Notes: generated by a model not told the origin, from the sequence alone. Numbered from the stretch's first letter, positions 29,806 through 40,658 are shown. The stretch: DNA of 64,000 nt from an uncultured delta proteobacterium (GCA_963695875.1 CAVOID010000009.1:128001-192000), one strand, 5' to 3'. Numbers and translations: made by a program.

Positions 29806-30987
29806 TTACTGGACTGTACATGCCTGATCGCCCAAGTTCCAGTAGGGGGACAAGCCGCGCAACTTTTCAATAATTGACGGTAGCTTCTCAACGACGAAGT
29901 TTATTTCCTCCTCGGTGTTGTAGATGCTCAGGCTGAACCTGATAGACCCGTGGGCCATGGTGAATGGAACACCCATGGCACGAAGCACATGGGAAGGCTG
30001 CAGAGACCCTGAGGTACAAGCTGAACCTGAGGATGCACAGATGCCGAACTCGTCCATCAGAAGGAGGATGGCTTCACCTTCGACAAATTCAAAGCTGATG
30101 TTCGTTGTATTGGGAAGCCGGTATAATCGCGTTCCATTTACGCGGCTATTTGGAATACGCGCCAGGAGCTCTGTTTCAAGCTTATCCCGCAATTTTTTCA
30201 CAGTGGTGTTCTCTGTTTCCATGTTGCGCGCCGCCAGTTCGCAGGCCTTTCCCAGCCCGATGATGCTGGGTGTGTTCTCCGTACCGCCCCGGCGCTCCTT
30301 CTCCTGGTGCCCCCCGATCAGGAAAGGTGAGAACTTCGTACCCTTACGTACATACAGGACACCTATACCCTTTGGCGCATGAAGCTTGTGTCCGGATATG
30401 GAGAGCATATCAATGACATTTGTCTTCATATTTATCGGGATCTTTCCAACTGCCTGGACAGCATCCGTATGAAACAGAACGCCCCTTTCGTGAGCAAGCT
30501 CTGCCGCCTTTTCCACGGGGAACAAGGCCCCGGTTTCGTTGTTGGCCCACATGAGGCTGACAACAGCAGTATCCGGTGTCAGACTTCTTTCGAACTGATT
30601 CATATCCAGGAGGCCGTCTTTATCTACCGGCAGTTCCGTTACGCGATATCCCTGCCTCGACAGATGAGCACAAAGTGACTTAATGGCGGGATGCTCAACC
30701 CTGCTTGTCAAAATATGACGCTTGTCGGGATGAGTTGCCAGGGCCGACCGGATTGCGGCATTGTCACTTTCCGTCCCGCAACTGGTGAAGATGATTTCAT
30801 CAGACGTGGCCCCGATGAGCGCTGCTGCCTGTCCGCGGGCCTCGCGTATCTTTCGTGCAACCTGCCCTCCAAAGGAATGCATGCTGGACGGATTTCCATA
30901 AAGAATGCGGAAGTAGGGAAGCATGGCATCCATAACCTCTGCGGCAACCTGGGAAGTCGCATTGTTATCCAGATAAATAGTTGTCAT
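29806..30987 (-). CDS. nifS: Cysteine desulfurase NifS
   Basis: YLDNNATS, HTDAVQ, SGHKLH, SSGSACTS. Confidence 0.95.
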   Translation of the reverse strand: MTTIYLDNNATSQVAAEVMDAMLPYFRILYGNPSSMHSFGGQVARKIREARGQAAALIGATSDEIIFTSCGTESDNAAIRSALATHPDKRHILTSRVEHPAIKSLCAHLSRQGYRVTELPVDKDGLLDMNQFERSLTPDTAVVSLMWANNETGALFPVEKAAELAHERGVLFHTDAVQAVGKIPINMKTNVIDMLSISGHKLHAPKGIGVLYVRKGTKFSPFLIGGHQEKERRGGTENTPSIIGLGKACELAARNMETENTTVKKLRDKLETELLARIPNSRVNGTRLYRLPNTTNISFEFVEGEAILLLMDEFGICASSGSACTSGSLQPSHVLRAMGVPFTMAHGSIRFSLSIYNTEEEINFVVEKLPSIIEKLRGLSPYWNLGDQACTVQ

Positions 30988-31811
30988 GGTGTCACCTCTT
31001 CAATTACAAGCTCAGGCGACACGAGATCCCGGAGCTTTAATTCAACAAAATGCTTCAGCGTGATATCGGCCGCTTTGCAGGCAGCACAGGCGCCCCGTGT
31101 AGCAACAAGGACGCGATTGCCGATTACATCGATGAGCTCGATATCGCCCCCGTCGTTCTTCAAGGATGGCCTGATTTCACGTTCGATGGTTTCCTCGATC
31201 ATTTTTATCTTCTGAATGTTGGACAGCTTCGGCTTGACGACCGGTGCAGTAGCGCCGGCCCGGACCCTCTCGATAATCTCCCTGATGGCGTCATGACAAC
31301 CTCCGCAGCCGCCGCCGGCCTTGGTGTAGTTCGTCACCTCTTCAACCGTGGCAAGGTTATTCTCCCTGACTGCCTGCTCAATTTCTTGTTCCGTGACGCC
31401 AAAGCACTCGCATATAATCTTCGCTTCCGGTTCTTTTGAAGGGCCGCCCCGATAATATTCTATAGCCTTTTCCAGGGCCTGCTTTCCCATAACGGAACAG
31501 TGCATCTTCTCCTGGGGTAGGCCGCCCAGGTAAGCCGCGATATCCTGGTTTGTCACTTTCATGGCCTCTTCCAGAGACAGCCCCTTAACCATCTCGGTCA
31601 GTGCAGAGGAGGTCGCGATCGCGCTGGCACAGCCAAAGGTTTTGAATTTGACATCTTTGATCTTCTTATTCTCATCTAATTTAAATGAAAGTTTGAGGGC
31701 ATCTCCGCAGGCAATGGAACCTACCTCAGCCACTCCATCCGGATTCTCGACTTCCCCGACGTTACGGGGATTAAGGAAGTGCTCCTTGACTTTATCCGTA
31801 TATTCCCACAT
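30984..31811 (-). CDS. nifU: Fe-S scaffold NifU (three-domain)
   Basis: CGD, FGC, KMHCS; CECF..GCGGC; DGGD..GACAAC. Confidence 0.95.
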   Translation of the reverse strand: MWEYTDKVKEHFLNPRNVGEVENPDGVAEVGSIACGDALKLSFKLDENKKIKDVKFKTFGCASAIATSSALTEMVKGLSLEEAMKVTNQDIAAYLGGLPQEKMHCSVMGKQALEKAIEYYRGGPSKEPEAKIICECFGVTEQEIEQAVRENNLATVEEVTNYTKAGGGCGGCHDAIREIIERVRAGATAPVVKPKLSNIQKIKMIEETIEREIRPSLKNDGGDIELIDVIGNRVLVATRGACAACKAADITLKHFVELKLRDLVSPELVIEEVTP

Positions 31812-31914
31812 AAGCTTGCTCCTTCTATTGTTTTTGGCCGAAAAGAATTATATCCATCTTTGCAAATTATTTCCATTTTTGCAAGAAACTACTGATTTTT
31901 GATGGCGGCAGCAT

Positions 31915-33312
31915 CTACCTCGTTTTTCCGCCGACCATCTTCTCAGGCCTAACCCATTCATCAAATTGTTCACCAGTGACATAACCAAGCGAGACTGCTG
32001 CATCACGAAGCCCGGTGTTTTCTTTATGGGCCTTCATTGCAATGCGGGCAGCCTTCTCATAGCCGATATGGGGTGTCAATGCGGTAACAAGCATCAGGGA
32101 ATTTCTCATAAGGCTATCAATTCGAAGGCGGTCGGCTTCGATGCCTGCTGCACAGTTATCGTTGAAACTGATTATGCCGTCTGCAAGAAGACGGACACTT
32201 TGCAGAAAGTTATAGATGATAAGCGGTTTAAAGACGTTCAGCTCGAAGTTTCCCATGGCGCCGCCCATGTTGATGGCCACATCATTCCCCATTACTTGAA
32301 AGCAGAGCATCATCATCGCCTCTGACTGGGTAGGATTGACTTTGCCCGGCATGATTGAGCTCCCCGGTTCATTTTCGGGAATCTTCAGCTCCCCGATACC
32401 TGATCGCGGTCCGGAAGCAAGCCAGCGAATGTCGTTGGCAATTTTTATCAATGAGGCGGCGAGGGTCTTGATAGCCCCATGCGCGTTAACGAGTGCGTCA
32501 TGAGAGGCGATTGCCTTAAACTTGTTAGGCGCGCTTACAAACGGCAGGCCTGTGAATCCGGACAGCTCCGCTGCAACACGGGTTCCGAACTCTGGATGCG
32601 CATTCAAACCCGTACCTATTGCAGTTCCTCCTATCGCCAGTTCATACAGATGAGGCAATGATGCTTCTATGTATGCTAAACTCTTATTCAACTGGGCAAC
32701 ATAACCGGAGAATTCCTGTCCTAAGGTAAGTGGCACCGCATCCTGAAGATGTGTACGGCCGATCTTGATGATCTCATCAAACTGCGTCGCCTTACCATTC
32801 AGCGTTTCCTTCAATATAAGGATGGCCGGCATGAGGCGGTGCGACAATGCCTTGACTGCTGAGATATGCATGGCCGTCGGGAAAACATCATTTGTTGATT
32901 GGCATTTATTGACATCATCATTCGGGTGCACTTCGCGGGTTCGACCACGCTTGCCGCCGAGAATTTCGCTTGCGCGGTTGGCGAGGACTTCATTCATGTT
33001 CATATTAGTCTGCGTGCCGGAACCTGTCTGCCATACGAGAAGAGGGAACTCTTCATCGTACTTTCCCTCAATCACCTCGTCGGCGGCAGCGATGATAGCT
33101 CCGGCCTTTCCAACCTCCAGAAGGCCCAGTTCACGGTTCACCGCGGCTGCGGCCCTTTTGACCAGCGCCAGGGCATAAATCAAATCTGCCGGCATACGCT
33201 CGTTTGAAATCTTAAAGTTTTGCAGAGACCGCTGTGTCTGCGCACCCCATAGCCTCTCTGAAGGAACTTCGATGTTTCCGAACGTATCGTGTTCAATTCT
33301 CATCTTTGTCAT
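31915..33312 (-). CDS. fumC: Class II fumarate hydratase
   Basis: [29 protein letters not shown]. Confidence 0.97.
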   Translation of the reverse strand: MTKMRIEHDTFGNIEVPSERLWGAQTQRSLQNFKISNERMPADLIYALALVKRAAAAVNRELGLLEVGKAGAIIAAADEVIEGKYDEEFPLLVWQTGSGTQTNMNMNEVLANRASEILGGKRGRTREVHPNDDVNKCQSTNDVFPTAMHISAVKALSHRLMPAILILKETLNGKATQFDEIIKIGRTHLQDAVPLTLGQEFSGYVAQLNKSLAYIEASLPHLYELAIGGTAIGTGLNAHPEFGTRVAAELSGFTGLPFVSAPNKFKAIASHDALVNAHGAIKTLAASLIKIANDIRWLASGPRSGIGELKIPENEPGSSIMPGKVNPTQSEAMMMLCFQVMGNDVAINMGGAMGNFELNVFKPLIIYNFLQSVRLLADGIISFNDNCAAGIEADRLRIDSLMRNSLMLVTALTPHIGYEKAARIAMKAHKENTGLRDAAVSLGYVTGEQFDEWVRPEKMVGGKTR

Positions 33313-33522
33313 TTTATTACAGACTCCATATCAACTTTTTTGTTTGCACTGGTTGTGGGATTCACAACGGCTTATATGTATCTATAATCATCAGCATTTA
33401 GATTGTAAATCAAAATTGAAGGAAAATAATGATATATTTTACACTTTTGTGAAATAAGCTTGAAGCCTTCCCTTCATCAATCGCGAGTTTTCTCAGAATA
33501 GAAACCATATTCTAATCTGCTG

Positions 33523-33573
33523 TTGACCTGGAGCGCATCCCGCAAGCCAGGCCCTGTGGTCGGGGAGTTTCAC
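33523..33573 (-). repeat. 51-bp repeat, family B
   Basis: Homologous to 620-670. Confidence 0.75.
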
Positions 33574-33657
33574 TATTTTAATTATAGAAAAGTTATTTGA
33601 CAATCAGCGGATAGTCCTTAAATTAATTTTGTATAATTCCTATTTAAGGAGGGTAAA

Positions 33658-34755
33658 GTGAAGGATCTCCTTTTAAGTTTGATATCACTTATATTCATAA
33701 TGGGATGTCAGAGTTCAGGCAGCGACCAACGGGAGGTGAAAAGTCAAATGAAGGAAATAAGTGTGACAACCCAAATAGCCACATTTGCCGGCGGCTGTTT
33801 CTGGTGTGTAGAGTCTGATTTTGAAAAAGTTCCGGGTGTAGAGAAGGTCATATCCGGCTATACAGGTGGAACCGGGGAGAATCCAACCTATGAAACGTAC
33901 GCGAAAAAAGGACATGTGGAAGCTGTGCAGATTTATTTCGACCCCTCAAAAGTAACCTATGAACAACTGCTCGATTACTTATGGAAGCATATCGACCCCA
34001 CAGACCAGGGAGGACAATTTGTCGACCGCGGTCCTCAATACAGAAGCGCGATATTCTATCATGACGAAGAACAGAAGCGGTTGGCGGAGAAGTCAAAGTC
34101 GGAAGTGGGCAAATCCGGACAGTTTTCCAAACCGATCGTGACGGAAATCATCAAATTCGACAAATTTTTTAATGCCGAGGAATATCACCAGGATTACTAC
34201 AAGAAAAATCCTATAAGATATAAATACTACAGACATGGATCGGGACGTGATCAGTTTTTGAAAAAGATATGGGGGGACGATCATGCCGGCGTCAAACCCG
34301 CCGCGGCTCAAGAATACAAAAAACCTGACGACATGACATTAAAGAAGGTATTGACCCCCATTCAATACAAAGTGACACAGCAGGAAGGTACAGAACCAGC
34401 CTTCCAAAATGAATTCTGGGACAATAAGAGAGAGGGCATCTATGTGGATGTAATTTCAGGTGAACCCCTTTTCAGCTCACTGGATAAATATGATTCAGGT
34501 ACAGGTTGGCCCAGTTTCACCAAATCCCTTGAACCTGATGATATAGTGGAAAAGGAGGACCGCGGCTTCTTCATGCGGCGCACGGAGGTCAGGAGCAAAC
34601 ATGCGGATTCACACCTCGGGCATGTCTTCCCGGACGGACCAAAACCAACAGGACTTAGGTATTGCATGAACTCAGCCGCTATGAGATTCATACCCAAGGA
34701 GGATCTGGAAAAAGAAGGTTACGGCAAGTATTTAGAATTATTTAGTCGGAAGTAA
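33658..34755 (+). CDS. msrAB: Bifunctional MsrA/MsrB with lipoprotein-type signal
   Basis: [38 protein letters not shown] lipobox. Confidence 0.94.
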   Translation: MKDLLLSLISLIFIMGCQSSGSDQREVKSQMKEISVTTQIATFAGGCFWCVESDFEKVPGVEKVISGYTGGTGENPTYETYAKKGHVEAVQIYFDPSKVTYEQLLDYLWKHIDPTDQGGQFVDRGPQYRSAIFYHDEEQKRLAEKSKSEVGKSGQFSKPIVTEIIKFDKFFNAEEYHQDYYKKNPIRYKYYRHGSGRDQFLKKIWGDDHAGVKPAAAQEYKKPDDMTLKKVLTPIQYKVTQQEGTEPAFQNEFWDNKREGIYVDVISGEPLFSSLDKYDSGTGWPSFTKSLEPDDIVEKEDRGFFMRRTEVRSKHADSHLGHVFPDGPKPTGLRYCMNSAAMRFIPKEDLEKEGYGKYLELFSRK

Positions 34756-34860
34756 TATCAAATCTTGAGTGGTTAACCGCAGCAGGTTAACCCCTTATTT
34801 TTTGGAGGATCAGAAGATGGCGAGCACTATTCTTTCGGCAATTGATGAGAAAGATGACAG

Positions 34861-35208
34861 CTATCTTTTCAACTTATGCGTCATATAATCAATTATGGCT
34901 TTTATTTCATCAGGCTTTAAGAAATCTATCTGCGCGTGCATTACTCCCTTGCCTTTTTGCATTACCTGAGTGATTTTCTGCTCGTCAAGCCCCTTCCATG
35001 AGTCGGGGTCGGTGAAATCCTTCGGTCTGAATTGCATATAATAGGCAGAAGGGTAATTATCATCTCCTTTTAGATGATGGCAGAACTGGCAATTCTTTTT
35101 GAACAGGGTTTCCCCCGCACTGTATTCATCACTTTTGACAATCGCGGTAAAAATAAGTAAAATTCCAAAAATCAGCACTGCTGAACCAATGATAAGACCC
35201 TTATTCAT
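34861..35208 (-). CDS. Monoheme c-type cytochrome
   Basis: Signal/TM segment, CQFCH, distal Met (GVMH). Confidence 0.88.
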   Translation of the reverse strand: MNKGLIIGSAVLIFGILLIFTAIVKSDEYSAGETLFKKNCQFCHHLKGDDNYPSAYYMQFRPKDFTDPDSWKGLDEQKITQVMQKGKGVMHAQIDFLKPDEIKAIIDYMTHKLKR

Positions 35209-35509
35209 AAAATACCCCCTTTCCGATTTCTCACGGAAACGCCTCAATCCTTTATTAATTTTATTATCAGGTTGAGGTTAAGTCAAGACATTAATAAATT
35301 ACGAGCGAAGGCGAAATTTATGCCCAAGTCGTTTATATAGTCCCTTTCAATCGGTAATCCACAAGCCCAATCAAATGAAATCCATATTGCACTGCTACCT
35401 GAGAACACCTACAATTCTTTATGACCACTATGCGTTGAAATGTAAAATTACGATATGAAAGTCAAGATGTTCACATGAGGAAGACGTTTGCTGAGGATTG
35501 ATTCATAGA

Positions 35510-35701
35510 GTCGGAATTCTTTACAAAAGGAAAATTGATGTAACACATTGTTACAATGCATTATTTTAAAATATTCTCTTAAGACTTATTAAAACCGTCG
35601 ATATCCTTTACAAAAGAAAAAGTAATGTAAAATATTGTAATACAACATATTATTTTAACATATTCTCTTAAGCTTTATTAAAACCGTCGGGATCCTTTAC
35701 A
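35510..35701 (+). repeat. ~88-bp tandem duplication giving three GTCG-N6-TTTACA boxes (PEP-CTERM-box-like enhancer)
   Basis: Boxes at 35510, 35597 and 35686; shared TATTCTCTTAAG..TTATTAAAACC. Confidence 0.85.
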
Positions 35702-35811
35702 TTTCTAATATCCTCATATGTAACTGTATCGTGTACTATAGCTGACCATATTGGAAAATCAATTTATATTCTAACTAGTTATCGTAGATCAATAAATGTA
35801 TATGACCATTC

Positions 35812-35826
35812 TGGCATATATTGTGC
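35812..35826 (+). promoter_or_regulatory. sigma54 -24/-12 promoter
   Basis: TGGCATATATTGTGC = GG-N10-GC, upstream of the PEP-CTERM gene. Confidence 0.75.
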
Positions 35827-35879
35827 GTATATATAAATTAGTAAAGTTTATGAATATGAAGAATAGGGATGGTGTGAAA

Positions 35880-36080
35880 ATGAAAAGATACATAACAATC
35901 GCCATTATAGTACTATCCCTGTTTGTATCCGGATGTAATGATGATAAAGACAAACAGGCAAACAATCCCGGAGGGTCCTCTACTGTAACTGTTACGGCTG
36001 TACCTGAGCCATCGACCATGCTTCTTCTTGGACTTGGTCTGATGGGATTGGCAGGGGTCAGAAGAAAGTTTAAGAATTAA
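35880..36080 (+). CDS. 66-aa lipoprotein with PEP-CTERM sorting signal
   Basis: MKRYITIAIIVLSLFVSG|C lipobox; VPEPSTMLLLGLGLMGLAGVRRK. Confidence 0.85.
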   Translation: MKRYITIAIIVLSLFVSGCNDDKDKQANNPGGSSTVTVTAVPEPSTMLLLGLGLMGLAGVRRKFKN

Positions 36081-36104
36081 ATTCTAAGTAATATTTCTGA
36101 AAGC

Positions 36105-36135
36105 AAGGCAGGGTCATAAGTAGCTCTGCCTTTTT
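36105..36135 (+). terminator. Intrinsic terminator
   Basis: AAGGCAGGGT-loop-GCTCTGCCTT followed by T run. Confidence 0.75.
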
Positions 36136-36179
36136 AACCATAAGACATCTTCGATCCAGATAAATACTGATTCTGATAA

Positions 36180-36380
36180 TTGAGGAATACCGTGCTGTGG
36201 AAAAAGCCTGAAGAACTTTTGCATCTTCAAGGAAAAGAGATAACACCGGTAATCAGAAAGCTGAACGCCTTCACCGAAAAGGTACGGGAAGACATAGAAA
36301 AGAAAAGGATAAGCGAAGCTGATGGGCAAAAGCTTATCTTAAAGGCCAGCATCGTGGTTAGCATGTTGACGACAACATAA
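36180..36380 (+). pseudogene. 3' remnant of a secreted-protein helical tail domain (FIMAH-like)
   Basis: KLNAFTEKV..KKRISEADGQKLI pattern; no convincing start. Confidence 0.4.
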
Positions 36381-36787
36381 ACTTTGCTTCATATTAAATT
36401 TTACTCTCCGATTTCGGTATAGTCATTTTTATTCTCCTGTAGTTTTGTTTTGGTTGGATGTGTTCGTAGTTACTATTGTTTTCCTATAAGGTGAAACATG
36501 GACATTAGACCTCCAATCGTCCAAATCCCTATTTTCGCTCTTACTAAGTATCAGCGATCCCAGATACTGCAACGTATTACCATCCCTTCCTCACCGGTTT
36601 TCCATCATGATATTATCGATTGTGTCGAAGTAGAGGCGGGCAAGCATTCGGCGGCAAACCCACAAATCGTCAGTTACAAATCTTTAAGCCACCATCTCAT
36701 AAAGGAAAAAGGAACATTCATAGATATACGGATTTGATGTCTGTATCCACTATTTGAATTGTAAGAAGCGTCTTCCAAAATAATTAT

Positions 36788-36878
36788 TTTTCCGCCAGAT
36801 CGATACAGGAGCGTATCGAGGCTTATCGGCAAGGAATTGGGTCTCGACTAGTGGGAACCATTCCCGTCGCACGGAAAA
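36788..36878 (+). ncRNA. Candidate structured 5' leader RNA
   Basis: Outer stem TTTTCCG/CGGAAAA enclosing TCGATAC/GTATCGA and GGAAT..ATTCC hairpins; ends at the RBS. Confidence 0.35.
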
Positions 36879-36888
36879 GGAGGTAGCT

Positions 36889-37203
36889 ATGAAGAAATTC
36901 GAATATACGGTAATTACTTTTGCTCTATGCATTATGAGCATTTTCGCCGGTTTTATTATTGAGAGCAGTTGGCACAAGTTCGATGTGGAGTTATTTGATG
37001 CTTCTAAATGGGAGCATAGACTTTATCAGGATCTTCTTCGAGATAAGATGGAATATCACGGTATTGATGTGAAATCGAAACTTCTTGGGGGCGAGGCCGC
37101 CATGATCTGGTATGAAGACGGCCAATGGTGGTATATGGAAGCAAAAAGTAAAGAAAAGAGGGCGTTCATTAAGCGTCTGAAGACGAAGAAGATAGGTGTA
37201 TGA
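36889..37203 (+). CDS. Small membrane-anchored hypothetical protein
   Basis: AAGGAGGT RBS, N-terminal TM helix. Confidence 0.75.
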   Translation: MKKFEYTVITFALCIMSIFAGFIIESSWHKFDVELFDASKWEHRLYQDLLRDKMEYHGIDVKSKLLGGEAAMIWYEDGQWWYMEAKSKEKRAFIKRLKTKKIGV

Positions 37204-37746
37204 AGATTAAGGATTACTGATTGTACTATTGAACTTGATGCAGATGTTGTATTTTGAGGACTTCAGGAAGGTTTCAATAAAGAGCCGTATTAAGATTATT
37301 CATAAGCGGTCATCCGACCAATCGCTGTCTGCACCGACAACTGTTCAGAAGTCGTCATTCATCAAAACTGAGCATTAGGGATCGCAATAGATAGACAAAG
37401 GAAATATTTTTTGGAAAGTGTTACTCTTAATACCAGCTCCAGTCGCTGGATTTGCACGTGAAAGGCCATCAGCCGTTATGACGATATTAGTATTTGATAT
37501 GGCACCAATAAGTGGCGTCATCACGACTCATTTCTGATGCCAACAGTGGCCGGTCAAATTATGATGGATTTGGACGAGATGCATCTGATAACAATACCCT
37601 CTATTTTCTCGTCTGGCTTGTTTATTGATATGTGCATCGTTTGAAGTGCTTATATGGTAATAACTGAATGAAATGTTGTATTGATAGGTGAAACTGGAAA
37701 AACGGCATAACAGGAAGGAACGGAATTCGGACTGATAACATTGAAA

Positions 37747-38649
37747 CTAAATATTGATTCCTGTCCCAAAGGCGAGAGAAAATAGAATAGTGATCAACGC
37801 CAGCTTCTTTAGTTCCTTATCAAATGAGGGCAGGTTCTGAAAATGAAAAATATGCAACAAATGTTTTGTAAGGGGAATGAGTATGAAAACGAATAGATAA
37901 CCCAGGTAATGAATGTGGTTCACAAACATATAAAGTAAAGAAGTCATCAAGGCGGTTGCTAAAAGCGCCATGTGGTAATATTTCGCTTTTGACACCCCGA
38001 TCTTTACTACTACCGTATTCTTTCCTGCGGCCTTGTCATTGACATGATCACGCATATTATTGATGTTTAACACTCCCACACTCAACGCTCCAATTGAGAT
38101 AGCCGGAAGAAAGATATCGGTCGTAATTTCTCCTGCATATAAATAATAGGTGCCTGCAACACTTAATAAACCAAAAAACACAAAAACCGACAAATCGCCC
38201 CATCCGGAATAACCATAAGGATTTTTCCCTATGGTATATGTCAAAGCAGCCCATATCGCCAGGATCCCCAGTATGAGAAGAACAAAAAAAGAAACAGAAA
38301 ACAGCGCCAGATGAGAAATCAACAAGAGGGATACCCCCGATACAAAAGCCATAGCTGCAAACAACAAAATCATTCTTTTCATTTCCTTAGCGGAAATGAC
38401 ACCGCTCTGAACCATTCTTTCAGGTCCAACCCGGTCCAGGTTGTCAGCGCCGTTCTGGTTGTCGCCATAATCGTTAGCCAGATTAGATAAAATCTGCAGG
38501 AAAAGTGTAGTAGTCAAAGCTAAGAAGAATATTTTCCAGTCGAATACCGATTTTGATAATGCAATCAGGCTTCCGGTGATCACCCCGGAAACTGATAAAG
38601 GTAGGGTACGTAGCCGGAAGGCCGTTATCCATGCTTTTGTCTTAGTCAT
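37747..38649 (-). CDS. menA: 1,4-dihydroxy-2-naphthoate polyprenyltransferase
   Basis: RLRTLPLS, SNLANDYGD, DRVGPER, LNINNMRD..DKAAGKNT. Confidence 0.92.
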   Translation of the reverse strand: MTKTKAWITAFRLRTLPLSVSGVITGSLIALSKSVFDWKIFFLALTTTLFLQILSNLANDYGDNQNGADNLDRVGPERMVQSGVISAKEMKRMILLFAAMAFVSGVSLLLISHLALFSVSFFVLLILGILAIWAALTYTIGKNPYGYSGWGDLSVFVFFGLLSVAGTYYLYAGEITTDIFLPAISIGALSVGVLNINNMRDHVNDKAAGKNTVVVKIGVSKAKYYHMALLATALMTSLLYMFVNHIHYLGYLFVFILIPLTKHLLHIFHFQNLPSFDKELKKLALITILFSLAFGTGINI

Positions 38650-38786
38650 ATTTTTATTTGATAAAACTCGTTTTTCTGTCGTGGAAGTATAGGGAAGAGT
38701 GAGTTGTGTGTCAAGAAAAAGTGGCCGCAATGATTGGCTTCACAAATCGAGAAGTATCGACGGTGTGGAAGGTGAGAATTTTTGAA

Positions 38787-39974
38787 TCAGCCTTTCAGAT
38801 CCTTCCCGAAGATCCAGAAATAGATGGTACCGATCAACCCGCAGACAGTAGCCGTGATGAGGTTTATTTCGGGGGAAATCTGCCAGAGAAAGGCGCCTGC
38901 AAAGGCGGCAGCGGAGACGATCACATCCCGGATAAGGTAGTACAGTCCAAACATTCCCGCCTTTTTGTCTTCCGGTGCAAGGTCCATGATCAGGGCTTTA
39001 CGTGTTGGTTCTCCGAACTCCTTCATTCCCCGAATGATGAAAGCGATGACCATGGCCCAGAAGGAGTGCGAAAAGAGCAGGACCAGGGGGAAAAGCGTGA
39101 AGTTAAAAAAGGTGATGACCACAAAGGGCTTCTTTGTTGTCCGATCAGCCATATAGGCCACGGGGATGTATACCAGGACCGCCGTAGCCATCTCGATGGT
39201 AGTGAGAATCCCGAATTGCACCGGCGTAATGCCGTTATCCTTGATGCACCACACGACCACAAATGCGTAAGGAATCTGCTCCGCGAAACGGATCAGGATA
39301 TCCGACGTGAGCAGTTGTTTAAGGGCGGGGGCCATGGAGCGCCAAAGCCGAGAAGGCGTCGATGCTGCATTATTCCGTTGGACATCGTCCTCGATCATCA
39401 CCTGCTGGAAAAAGAGAGATATCAGGCCAAGCAGCAAGGCGCCGGCAAAGGCCATTCGCACACCGTCCTTCTCTCCATACAGTTCTATGAGAACGCCACC
39501 GATGATCGGACCCAATGCCATTGGAATCCGCCGTACCAAGGAATGCATGGTCACCCCCATGGTCCGTTTACTCTCCGGCAGGACCCCTGATACCAGGCTC
39601 ATAGTGGCAGGAAGGGAGATTGCTGACCAGGATAGAAAAAACAGGGACCCGATAATAACTGCCTGCCAGTAAGGGAAGAGGATAACGATGAGGTAACCAA
39701 ACATGGCGATAAGGTTGAAGACGATCAGGGCCTTCTTGTAGCCAAGGCGATCACTCAAATAGCCGCCGGGAAAAGAATAAAGCGCCGATAGCAGGTTCTG
39801 CATACCATTGAGGAGTCCAATGGATAGGACGCCACCGCCCAGGGCCAACAGGTAGATGGGCAGGAAACGCTCAGCTAATCGTTCGCCAAGCCCTACGAAG
39901 ATCACCATGGCCAGCAAGGCCACTATGCTCCGCTTCAGACCGAGGAAATCAATGATTCGAGTTTGCCAACTCAT
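38787..39974 (-). CDS. MFS transporter
   Basis: GGYLSDRLGYKK motif A, ~12 TM. Confidence 0.92.
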   Translation of the reverse strand: MSWQTRIIDFLGLKRSIVALLAMVIFVGLGERLAERFLPIYLLALGGGVLSIGLLNGMQNLLSALYSFPGGYLSDRLGYKKALIVFNLIAMFGYLIVILFPYWQAVIIGSLFFLSWSAISLPATMSLVSGVLPESKRTMGVTMHSLVRRIPMALGPIIGGVLIELYGEKDGVRMAFAGALLLGLISLFFQQVMIEDDVQRNNAASTPSRLWRSMAPALKQLLTSDILIRFAEQIPYAFVVVWCIKDNGITPVQFGILTTIEMATAVLVYIPVAYMADRTTKKPFVVITFFNFTLFPLVLLFSHSFWAMVIAFIIRGMKEFGEPTRKALIMDLAPEDKKAGMFGLYYLIRDVIVSAAAFAGAFLWQISPEINLITATVCGLIGTIYFWIFGKDLKG

Positions 39975-40240
39975 CCGTTGAATAAATCGTCACTTTCCAG
40001 GGAAGGATTGGTGTTTCGTGTATTATTCTTTCTTGGAACTCGACGACTATCAAGTGTAATCTTCTGTTTTGGCCAGAAGGACCTCTTTCGGCATTTCAGG
40101 AAGATATATAGTCGAAGACACTCCCTACAACTAATGATTCTCGGTTGAATGAAAGAATAAGCAAGACATCATCAGGTAGCAACTGTCGAGCTATGAGCAT
40201 CCTGATTGGAGCCTTTCACAAAGCTATTTCTCTTGATCCT

Positions 40241-40507
40241 TCACTCTATGCACTTTCCGATTACAAATGGCCAGTGGAGTTCGCAGGGGATTCCCATCAT
40301 CAGCCAGGCATTGCGGGTGTCCAATTCCTCGTTGATGCGCTCTTTGATCGTTTTAACGATTCCGTCGTCACAGCATACTTCCATCAAATAGGGCAATTCT
40401 TCAATCACATCGGGCGGGGTACCGCCTATTTCCTGGCGATAAAAGTCACAGGCCTCTTCTGCGATGTCGGCGGCAATGACCATTTTGTGAATTCTGTATG
40501 CCTGCAT
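40241..40507 (-). CDS. Hypothetical protein (MQAYRIHK..)
   Basis: Open frame, protein-like composition, AAGGA upstream. Confidence 0.55.
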   Translation of the reverse strand: MQAYRIHKMVIAADIAEEACDFYRQEIGGTPPDVIEELPYLMEVCCDDGIVKTIKERINEELDTRNAWLMMGIPCELHWPFVIGKCIE

Positions 40508-40631
40508 GTCTGTTCCGTTGTCCTTAGTAGGCCCTGCTGCGGATAAAGCGAATAGCTTTTTTGAAACCGGCCAATCCCATTCCTTTTTCAGAAAGCTTTT
40601 CAGGGAGAGCAACTGGCTGATATGGGAAAAA

Positions 40632-40658
40632 TACTGTTAGTACTGTTAGTACTGTTAG
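40632..40658 (+). repeat. (TACTGTTAG)x3 microsatellite
   Basis: Perfect 9-bp triplication. Confidence 0.9.

Noticed and set aside
28830..31811. nifU/nifS as evidence of nitrogen fixation
   Set aside because: No nitrogenase genes; NIF-type Fe-S assembly with cysE is ordinary housekeeping in anaerobes
34803..34890. GGAGG-ATG short ORF after msrAB
   Set aside because: About 23 codons running into the convergent cytochrome gene; at most a remnant
35510..35701. Possible CRISPR array
   Set aside because: The whole ~88-bp unit is duplicated, so there are no unique spacers; no cas genes; better explained as an enhancer duplication
37545..37575. CAGTGGCCGGTCAAATT as an IS3-like end
   Set aside because: No partner repeat or transposase remnant found
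36400..37750. Prophage call for the AT-rich stretch
   Set aside because: No integrase, structural or replication genes; only interrupted frames
38706..39590. 294-aa plus-strand ORF and other long antisense ORFs
   Set aside because: Shadows of well-supported opposite-strand genes, with no motifs
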